Assembly: GCA_031400935.1 (NCBI GenBank)
Contig: JANNQV010000004.1
Coordinates: forward strand, 1-40,537
Origin: Armatimonadota bacterium
GTDB lineage: Bacteria; Armatimonadota; Fimbriimonadia; Fimbriimonadales; Fimbriimonadaceae
Reading direction: 5' to 3'
DNA: 40,537 nucleotides
The translations under genes and the position numbers were made by a program. Positions 33,480 to 40,537 of this stretch are shown one piece after another; position 1 is the stretch's first letter, and each line of letters starts with the position of its first letter. The notes under the pieces are model-generated. The model had not been told where the DNA came from. It saw nothing but the letters and a program-made list of their open reading frames with translations, and did not search any database.

Positions 33480-35275
33480 GCCAGCACTCCAACTTTTGGA
33501 CGTATTCCCGAAACAACGTGGTGTGCGCTCATTGGGAACCCAGAATAATAGCGAACCGACTGCATTTTTGAAATAGGAACCTCAGTTTCCATGGAAAGCA
33601 GGCTCCGAAGTTGGCCGTCTCGATTCTGCTCTACAACGAAGATCATATCGTGCTGCTCTAGGAATTCGCGAACTTCGGTTCCAAATGGGAATCCTCGAAC
33701 GCGCATGTAGTCCACTGCCATTCCTTCTGCGGCAAGTTGGTCCATAGCCTCAACGCAAGCAGCATGGCAAGCTCCGACCGTAACGATTCCAATTGAAACT
33801 CCCCTGTTTCGAATGATAACGGGAGCAGGCACGGCTTCAGTTGCTCCCTGAATCTTACGTGCAATTCGGTCGAGTACTTCCTGATATTCGTCAGCATCTT
33901 CAGTATAAGCCCCCATTTTGTTGTGTCCCGATCCGCGCGTGAAAAACGCACCCTTTGGATGCTCGCCCGGAAGAGTTCTTTGCGGAATTCCGTCGCCATC
34001 AACATCGAGGTATCGTGCGAAGCCTTTGGCATTTTCGAGTTCTTCTGCACTCAGCACTTTGCCACGATCGGGCCTATAGGAATCGTCCCAGGAAAGCTTG
34101 GGAATCATCCAGTCATTCATCCCAATGTCAAGGTCTGAGAGTACGAACACCGGGGTTTGAAACCGTTCAGCAAGATCGAAGGATGCCACCGCCATTTCAA
34201 AAGCTTCTCTCGGGTCGGATGGGTACAGACAAATGTGCTTTGTATCGCCATGAGATGCATAAGCGCAAATGAACAGGTCGCCTTGCTGGGTACGAGTCGG
34301 CATCCCCGTGGATGGCCCAGTTCTCTGAACGTCGAAGACGACAGCTGGAATCTCAGCGTAATAGGCTAACCCAATGAACTCGCTCATTAAAGAAATGCCT
34401 GGTCCAGCCGTTGGCGTAAATGCACGTGCCCCAGCCCAAGAAGCTCCAATAACGATACCAATGGCCGAGAGTTCGTCTTCTGCTTGCAAAATTGCATAAC
34501 GGTTCTGTTTTGTTTCAGGGTCAACACGATATTTCTTACAAAACCCGCTAAATCCTTCCATCAGGGATGTCGCAGGCGTGATCGGATACCAAGCACCGAC
34601 AGTTGCTCCGGCATAGAGACACCCAAGCGAGGCTGAAGTGTTGCCGTCAATCAAAATGCAATCCTTTGTCTCATCCATCTTCACCAGATGTATGGGCAAA
34701 GGCGCCTCAAAGTTTTCCCTAACATAGTTGAAGCCAAGATTGATTGCTGTTTGATTAGAGTCTAGGAGTGCAGGCTTCTTCGAATACTTTTCCCGAGTTA
34801 ATTCTGCAATGATTTGGGGGTCAATATCGAGTAGCGCAGCCAAGGCTCCTGCGTAAGCGATATTCTTCATCAGAATTCGCTCTCTTACCCCTTTGAACTC
34901 GGCGTTGCACATTGCAGCTAGCGGGACTCCGACGTAGGTGACATCTGGTCGAATTAATTTTTCATCGAGAGGCCACGAGGAATCGTACAGCAGCCAGCCA
35001 CCAGAACTAACTTCAGCTACATCCTTTTCGTATGTCGCGGCGTTGAGTGCGACCATAAGTTGAAATTCTGGAGTACGGGCTTTGTATCCGCGTCCGCTTA
35101 CGCGGATTTCGTACCAGGTTGGCAATCCCTGAATGTTGGAAGGAAACAGGTTTTTCCCTGTTACCGGAATTCCCATGCGAAATATCGCCTGCATAATGAG
35201 GCCGTTGGCACTTGCTGAGCCAGTCCCGTTTGCTGTCGCTATCTTAAAGGCGAATTCATTTGTCCAATCCCTCAT
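33476..35275 (-). CDS. korA: 2-oxoacid:acceptor oxidoreductase alpha subunit (gamma-alpha fusion)
   Basis: N-terminal NGTGSASAN and FPSNIQG; YPITPAT, QAEDE, QRTGPSTGMPTRTQQGD and VEQN..GQL. Confidence 0.93.
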   Translation of the reverse strand: MRDWTNEFAFKIATANGTGSASANGLIMQAIFRMGIPVTGKNLFPSNIQGLPTWYEIRVSGRGYKARTPEFQLMVALNAATYEKDVAEVSSGGWLLYDSSWPLDEKLIRPDVTYVGVPLAAMCNAEFKGVRERILMKNIAYAGALAALLDIDPQIIAELTREKYSKKPALLDSNQTAINLGFNYVRENFEAPLPIHLVKMDETKDCILIDGNTSASLGCLYAGATVGAWYPITPATSLMEGFSGFCKKYRVDPETKQNRYAILQAEDELSAIGIVIGASWAGARAFTPTAGPGISLMSEFIGLAYYAEIPAVVFDVQRTGPSTGMPTRTQQGDLFICAYASHGDTKHICLYPSDPREAFEMAVASFDLAERFQTPVFVLSDLDIGMNDWMIPKLSWDDSYRPDRGKVLSAEELENAKGFARYLDVDGDGIPQRTLPGEHPKGAFFTRGSGHNKMGAYTEDADEYQEVLDRIARKIQGATEAVPAPVIIRNRGVSIGIVTVGACHAACVEAMDQLAAEGMAVDYMRVRGFPFGTEVREFLEQHDMIFVVEQNRDGQLRSLLSMETEVPISKMQSVRYYSGFPMSAHHVVSGIRPKVGVLA

Positions 35276-37089
35276 ACGGCCACTTCCGGCTGGTTAAGAG
35301 TTTCCGGGGGTACTGGCCTACCTGCATAAGGAAGATGAATCATAAATTTCCTCATGTCCCAAGCATAAGTTGGACACCTTTCGGCGCATAGCCCGCAGTG
35401 AACGCAAATGTTCTCATCTTTGACCATCACTCGTCCTGTCTGCTTGAGCGGTCCCGATACAAACAAGGCTTGCTCCATATTCTCAGCTGGAGCGGTCAAT
35501 CGCGAGCGAAGGTCGGTCTCGTCGCCATTTGGAGCGATGGTCAGGCAGTCCACAGGACAAATGTCAATGCAGGCATCGCACTCTATACAAAGCGAGTCTG
35601 TGAATTGGGTCTGGATATCGCAATTTAGACACCTTTCTACTTCCTGCCGTGTTTGCTCGGCGGTAAACCCTTCCTCAACCTCGATCGTCATCTTTGAAAA
35701 GCGCTCTTTCAAGTCAACGTGAATCATCTTTTGGCGCTTGGATGGGTCGTAATAGTTGCTGTACGACCATTCGTGGAGCCCCATCTTCGTGCTTGCCAGC
35801 GTTTGCCCGCGCGGTAGCCGATCAGTTATCGGTTGGCCCAAGCAGTACTGGTGAATCGAAATCGCCGCCTGATGCCCATGCTCAACTGCCCAAATGATGT
35901 TTGCTGGACCAAAGGCGGCATCGCCTCCGAAGAACACGCCTTCGCGGGCAGACATAAAGGTCGTTTTGTCTACAACGGGTACGTCCCACTTGTCGAATTC
36001 GATTCCGATATCTCGTTCGATCCATGGGAATGCATTTTCCTGTCCGATGGCGAGAATCACAGTGTCGCAAGGAAGTGTTATGCGTCCGGCAGGTTCCTGG
36101 ATCAGCTTGCCATCCACTTCTTGCGATGTGTATTTGTCGAACTCAAGCCCGGTCAGTTTGCCGTTTTCGATCACAAATTGAACTGGCGAAAGGTTTTCTA
36201 GGATATCAACCTGCTCTTCTTCAGCGTCTTCAAGCTCCCACGGCGACGCCTTGAAATACTTGCGCGTTTTACGTGCGATGACTTTTACATCGGTTGCGCC
36301 AAGCCTTTTCGCGGAACGGCAACAGTCCATGGCAGTATTCCCTACCCCAATGATCAATACATTCTTACCCACACTTTTTACATGTTCAAAGTGAATGGAT
36401 TCAAGCCATTCGATGCCGATGAAAATCTGATCGGTGTCGTGGCGTCCTGGCAACTCAAGTTCCTTGCCCTTTGGAGCGCCGCTTCCTACAAAGACCGCAT
36501 CGTAAGCTTTTGAGTCCAGGAGTTCAGAAAGGCTCGCGACAGGCGTGTTGTAATTCATCGTGACGCCCATATCAACGATGTAGCCAATTTCTTCATCGAG
36601 GACTTCTTCCGGAAGGCGAAACGCAGGAATGTTGATCCGCATAAGCCCACCTGGACGAGGGCCTTTTTCAAAAATGGTTACGTCGTAGCCAAGCGGCATG
36701 AGGTCATTCGCAACAGTAAGGGAAGCTGGGCCAGCCCCAACGAGAGCGATTTTTTTGCCATTCTTTTCGGCTGGAGCAGTTGGGATTCGGTCGCGAATGT
36801 CGCTTTTGTTATCCGCTGCTACACGCTTTAGCCTACAAATCGCGACTGGTTTGCCATCAATTCGGGTGCGCCGACAAGCCGGTTCGCAAGGACGATCGCA
36901 CGTTCGGCCGAGGATTCCAGGAAAGACGTTTGATTCCCGATTGACAATGTAAGCGTCGTCGAACTTGCCTTGGGCGATCAGTCGAATGTATTCTGGAACG
37001 TTGGTGTGTGCAGGGCACGCCCATTGGCAATCCACAACTTTGTGAAAATACTCGGGGTCACCTGTATCGGTCCGGTGCATACCATTCAT
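35272..37089 (-). CDS. GltD/DsrL-like FAD- and NAD(P)H-dependent oxidoreductase with a C-terminal 2x[4Fe-4S] ferredoxin domain
   Basis: CQWACPAH, LGRTCDRPCEPAC, GAGPA, IPAFRLP, GVGNTAMD, RCLNC, CIECDACIDICP and CVHCGLCAERCP. Confidence 0.9.
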   Translation of the reverse strand: MNGMHRTDTGDPEYFHKVVDCQWACPAHTNVPEYIRLIAQGKFDDAYIVNRESNVFPGILGRTCDRPCEPACRRTRIDGKPVAICRLKRVAADNKSDIRDRIPTAPAEKNGKKIALVGAGPASLTVANDLMPLGYDVTIFEKGPRPGGLMRINIPAFRLPEEVLDEEIGYIVDMGVTMNYNTPVASLSELLDSKAYDAVFVGSGAPKGKELELPGRHDTDQIFIGIEWLESIHFEHVKSVGKNVLIIGVGNTAMDCCRSAKRLGATDVKVIARKTRKYFKASPWELEDAEEEQVDILENLSPVQFVIENGKLTGLEFDKYTSQEVDGKLIQEPAGRITLPCDTVILAIGQENAFPWIERDIGIEFDKWDVPVVDKTTFMSAREGVFFGGDAAFGPANIIWAVEHGHQAAISIHQYCLGQPITDRLPRGQTLASTKMGLHEWSYSNYYDPSKRQKMIHVDLKERFSKMTIEVEEGFTAEQTRQEVERCLNCDIQTQFTDSLCIECDACIDICPVDCLTIAPNGDETDLRSRLTAPAENMEQALFVSGPLKQTGRVMVKDENICVHCGLCAERCPTYAWDMRKFMIHLPYAGRPVPPETLNQPEVAV

Positions 37090-37135
37090 TATAACCCTCA
37101 GTTTAGCTTCGCGAACGTGCGGATTCTAAAATTTA

Positions 37136-38539
37136 TTAAACAGAGTCCATCGCGGCTGAAAGTTTCGATATCGTAGTCTTCGCATTTCCGAACACCATAA
37201 TCGTGTTCGGATTGATAAATAGCTCGTTGTCTATGCCAGCAAATCCAGGACTCATGCTTCGCTTGAGGACAATTACCGTTCGCGATTTATCTACATCTAA
37301 AATCGGCATTCCGTAAATCGGGCTCGCTTTGTCGTATCGAGCGGCGGGATTGACAACGTCGTTTGCTCCAATGACCAGCGCGACATCTGTTTCCGGAAAC
37401 TCTGAATTGATCTCATCGAGATCGAAGAGTTGATCATACGACACGTCTGCTTCAGCGAGTAGAACATTCATGTGTCCTGGCATTCGACCAGCAACAGGAT
37501 GAATCGCATATTTGACTTCAATATCCCTTTCGGCAAGCTTAGCCGCGAATTCTTTGACTACATGCTGCGCCTGTGCCACGGCCATTCCGTAACCCGGAAC
37601 AATGATGACGCTGTTTGCATTGCTGAATATGATCGCGGCGTCCTCAACAGAATAGCTGCGGACGTTTCCTGTCTTTCCAGAACCCAACGAAGGGTCTCCA
37701 GATGGAGCACTGCCAAATGCCCCAAAGATTACGTTGCTCAATGGGCGATTCATCGCCTTGCACATGCCTAACGTGAGGATCAAGCCGCTTGCACCCACCA
37801 AGCCGCCTCCAATGAGGAGCGCAGTGTTGTTCAGAACGAACCCGGCTAAACCGGCAGCGCAACCCGTAAATGAGTTCAAAAGGGAAATTACGACCGGCAT
37901 ATCTGCGCCACCAATCGGCAACACAAGAGTTATGCCCAAAAGCAATGAAAGGCCAAGCAGTGCGTAAACTAATGTATTGGATTGAGTTCCGCTCAAGAGA
38001 AGCGCAATCATGACAATCGCTGCAATAAAGAAAAGCAAATTAAGAATTTTTTGCCCCGGCCAAGTGATCGGCCTGCCCGAAAGAAGCTCTTGCAGCTTGC
38101 CATAAGCCATCAAGCTTCCCATGAAGCTGATCGCGCCAATGAGAAGGCTCAATACCGTTGTGAGCAGTGAAACTTTGTCCGCCGCGCCATTTTGAAAGAG
38201 GTGAGGATATTCGACGACAGCAACGAGCGCAACAGCTCCCCCGCCAAGCCCATTGAACAGAGCGACCAATTGTGGCATCGCAGTCATTTGAACTTTGCGA
38301 GCCGACCAAGTTCCGAGAATCGAGCCAACAACAAAAGCCAGTGCGATCCACTCAAAATTTCCTAGCAATTTCCCGTTTTCGTCTTTGATAAAGAAAGTGG
38401 CAATCAACGCTACGCCCATGCCAGCGGCGGCGAGCAAATTGCCCTGGCGTGCTGTTTTTGGCCCGTTCATGAGCTTGAGCGCAAGCATGAACGTGATTGC
38501 CGTAAAAAGGTAGCAAATGTTGATGAAGTCGGCGTTCAT
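37136..38539 (-). CDS. pntB: NAD(P) transhydrogenase beta subunit
   Basis: MTAMPQLVA, IGGADMPVVISLLNS, PGYGMAVAQAQH, IHPVAGRMPGHMNVLLAEA and GANDVVNPAA. Confidence 0.97.
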   Translation of the reverse strand: MNADFINICYLFTAITFMLALKLMNGPKTARQGNLLAAAGMGVALIATFFIKDENGKLLGNFEWIALAFVVGSILGTWSARKVQMTAMPQLVALFNGLGGGAVALVAVVEYPHLFQNGAADKVSLLTTVLSLLIGAISFMGSLMAYGKLQELLSGRPITWPGQKILNLLFFIAAIVMIALLLSGTQSNTLVYALLGLSLLLGITLVLPIGGADMPVVISLLNSFTGCAAGLAGFVLNNTALLIGGGLVGASGLILTLGMCKAMNRPLSNVIFGAFGSAPSGDPSLGSGKTGNVRSYSVEDAAIIFSNANSVIIVPGYGMAVAQAQHVVKEFAAKLAERDIEVKYAIHPVAGRMPGHMNVLLAEADVSYDQLFDLDEINSEFPETDVALVIGANDVVNPAARYDKASPIYGMPILDVDKSRTVIVLKRSMSPGFAGIDNELFINPNTIMVFGNAKTTISKLSAAMDSV

Positions 38540-38829
38540 TTCGCCTCCTTCTTGGGTTTTCGTTTGAACATTTCGAGCATTCGGTCTGTGACAACAAACC
38601 CGCCGACAACGTTAAGGACGCCAAACAAGGTCGCGAAAAATCCGAGAATCAGCGAAGGCGTGTCATGAGCTCTGCCCAATACGATGATTCCGCCGACCAA
38701 AATGACCCCGTGAATCGCGTTAGTGGCGGACATCAGCGGTGTGTGAAGCGTTTGAGGCACTTTCGCGATGACTTCAAGTCCGACAAAAACCGCTAAGATG
38801 AAAATGGTGACAACGGCAATGAGGGTCAT
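38536..38829 (-). CDS. pntAB: NAD(P) transhydrogenase alpha subunit, membrane part
   Basis: KVPQTLHTPLMSATNAIHG and NVVGGFVVTDRMLEMF. Confidence 0.96.
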   Translation of the reverse strand: MTLIAVVTIFILAVFVGLEVIAKVPQTLHTPLMSATNAIHGVILVGGIIVLGRAHDTPSLILGFFATLFGVLNVVGGFVVTDRMLEMFKRKPKKEAK

Positions 38830-39962
38830 GATTTGCTTCCTTCGCGCTCCAGGGCAAGTCGGGTGACGTCGTGCACGATCTTCCCTTCAAACGTAACCAA
38901 TGTTCCTCTAACGATTTCGTCCTCCATATCAGTATTCACAACACCATCCTTAACAATGATTCCCAAAAACGAGATCAAATTCTTTGAATACATTCGGCTC
39001 GCATCACTGGCCATGCTCGAGAGTAAATCGGTGCTGCCGATCACTGTCACGTTGTGTGCTTGAACAACCTCACCCGGAACCGTGCATTCGCAGTTCCCAC
39101 CTGCAGGTGCTGCAAGGTCAACAATTACCGAACCGGGCCGCATTTGTTTCACCATTTGTTCGGTGATGAGCGTTGGGGCGCGACGCCCAGGAATTAGGGC
39201 GGTGGTGATAACGCAGTCCACGCTTGGAAGTCTGGATGCGATCAATTCTAACTCTCGGGAATGCGTATCGCTCGAAACTTCCTTGGCATATCCTCCTACA
39301 TCTTCTGCCTCTTCGCTCAAAAGCGATAATCCGACAAACTTTCCGCCTAAAGATTCAATTTGCTCCTTTACGGCTGGGCGCACATCGAACGCTTCCACGA
39401 CCGCGCCAAGTCGGCGGCAAGTTGCAATCGCTTGCAATCCCGCAACTCCAGCCCCAATAACAAAAACCTTTGCTGCAGGAAGCGTGCCCGCTGCGGTCAT
39501 CAGCATAGGGAAAAATTTCGGGAGATGGGTAGCGCAAAGCAACGCGGCACGGTAACCGGCTATTGTGCTCATCGAACTCAATGCATCCATGCTTTGAGCA
39601 CGAGAAATTCGCGGCATTAAGTCAATTGCGAAAGAGGCAATGTTCTTCGCTCGAAGTGCCTCGATCACCTTTGGATTTGCTGTCGGGTTTAAGTAACTGA
39701 CCGTGGACGCGCCAGATTTTAGATTCTTTATCTCTGCATCTGTTGGCAGCAAGACCTTGAGCAACAGGTCTGTTTTTGCAAGATCAAGCCCAATAGTGGC
39801 TCCGCTGGCTTCATAAGCCGAGTCAGGGAAGTACGATCCTATACCCGCTCCTGCTTCAATTTGGAGCGTATGCCCAAGTCCAATGATTTCCCGAACGCCG
39901 TCAGGCGTCAGCGCAACTCTGCTTTCTTCCTTGGCCGATTCTTTTGGCAATGCGATGAGCAT
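38826..39962 (-). CDS. pntAA: NAD(P) transhydrogenase alpha subunit, NAD(H)-binding domain
   Basis: E.RVALTP, PRISRAQSMDALSS, IGAGVAGLQA, GGYAK, ITTALIPG and VDLAA..GGNC. Confidence 0.96.
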   Translation of the reverse strand: MLIALPKESAKEESRVALTPDGVREIIGLGHTLQIEAGAGIGSYFPDSAYEASGATIGLDLAKTDLLLKVLLPTDAEIKNLKSGASTVSYLNPTANPKVIEALRAKNIASFAIDLMPRISRAQSMDALSSMSTIAGYRAALLCATHLPKFFPMLMTAAGTLPAAKVFVIGAGVAGLQAIATCRRLGAVVEAFDVRPAVKEQIESLGGKFVGLSLLSEEAEDVGGYAKEVSSDTHSRELELIASRLPSVDCVITTALIPGRRAPTLITEQMVKQMRPGSVIVDLAAPAGGNCECTVPGEVVQAHNVTVIGSTDLLSSMASDASRMYSKNLISFLGIIVKDGVVNTDMEDEIVRGTLVTFEGKIVHDVTRLALEREGSKS

Positions 39963-40192
39963 AAATCCCTCCTTGGACCATTCTAAAGTTACCTGATTGA
40001 ACGATTGCGGATTTTGGTGCTTCCATTTGATTCAAAACAGGTATCCAATTATTTCGAACAATTGTTTTCAGGTTCAAAATGATGTTTCCTGGAACAAAAC
40101 CAAGACTTTTCCAAGGAAATTGGTGAAATGCTTGTATTTTTTACATTCATCCGATACAATGCGATTATTGGAGTGAGGAAAACAATATGATT

Positions 40193-40213
40193 GCCACGCC
40201 ACGCCACGCCACG
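40193..40213 (+). repeat. Simple sequence repeat (GCCAC)4
   Basis: GCCACGCCACGCCACGCCACG, 3 nt after an RBS-preceded ATG at 40187. Confidence 0.85.
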
Positions 40214-40283
40214 AAGTGATTGCGCTGCAAACATTAAGAAAGTAGTTTCTGCTTGCAACAATTGCCTATTTTTGATCAACCGG

Positions 40284-40537
40284 ATGTTCACCAGAAGTGC
40301 AGTTGCAATCTGTTTGTTTTTTGTTTCACAACTTGCGTTTTCACAGATTCAATTCGTCATTTGGGGAGAGAACCAAGCGCCACTTCCCGCAAAGTTCTCA
40401 GGCACCAATTGCTACGCGTCCGGATCAGTATTCATTGGTGGAGGTTATTTGACCCAAACAAAACTGATCCTTAAGGACAACCAGGGCGTCGAAACGGTAG
40501 TCGCAGAGTGGAACTTCGTGCAAACAGACCCTCCAAC
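40284..40537 (+). CDS. Partial hypothetical exported protein, runs off the window
   Basis: Hand translation gives MFTRSAVAICLFFVSQLAFSQIQFVIWGENQAP...QTDPP with no stop and a signal-peptide-like N-terminus. The frame is open upstream to a TTG at 40191. Confidence 0.65.
   Translation, partial: MFTRSAVAICLFFVSQLAFSQIQFVIWGENQAPLPAKFSGTNCYASGSVFIGGGYLTQTKLILKDNQGVETVVAEWNFVQTDPP

Noticed and set aside
1..40537. CRISPR array, integrase/transposase, selenocysteine recoding
   Set aside because: There are no regularly spaced repeats with unique spacers and no recombinase motifs, and the oxidoreductase ORFs are uninterrupted, so no TGA readthrough is needed.

Overview
A bacterial chromosomal segment of moderate GC content. 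The protein styles weakly suggest Armatimonadota, but that is an inference only. The window is dominated by energy metabolism. From left to right it holds the alternative complex III genes actABCD (the operon runs off a garbled left edge) preceded by a fused heme A/heme O synthase; a PMP22/Mpv17-like gene, pgi/pmi and ssb; a three-gene lipid-modification operon (LpxH-like phosphoesterase, CrtO-like protein, MGDG-synthase-like glycosyltransferase); and a WD40 protein. Next comes a glycan-degradation block (tandem SGNH acetylesterase, Tat-exported GH95, secreted hypothetical) lying between tRNA-Ala(TGC) and a degenerate copy of its 3' end, then a GT-C glycosyltransferase. These are followed by an ankyrin/CxxCH/prenyltransferase-barrel fusion, a Tat-less molybdopterin oxidoreductase with a fused FeS-NrfD partner, and a phytase-like gene bracketed by a 42-bp direct repeat. 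The right end carries a GltD-like flavoprotein, a 2-oxoacid:ferredoxin oxidoreductase and a three-gene transhydrogenase. Several families of small palindromic or short-period repeats occur, two of them in frame inside genes. A (GCCAC)4 tract near the right edge may be a translational phase switch. I saw no CRISPR array, integrase, transposase or rRNA. All family calls come from motif recognition, not from database searches.
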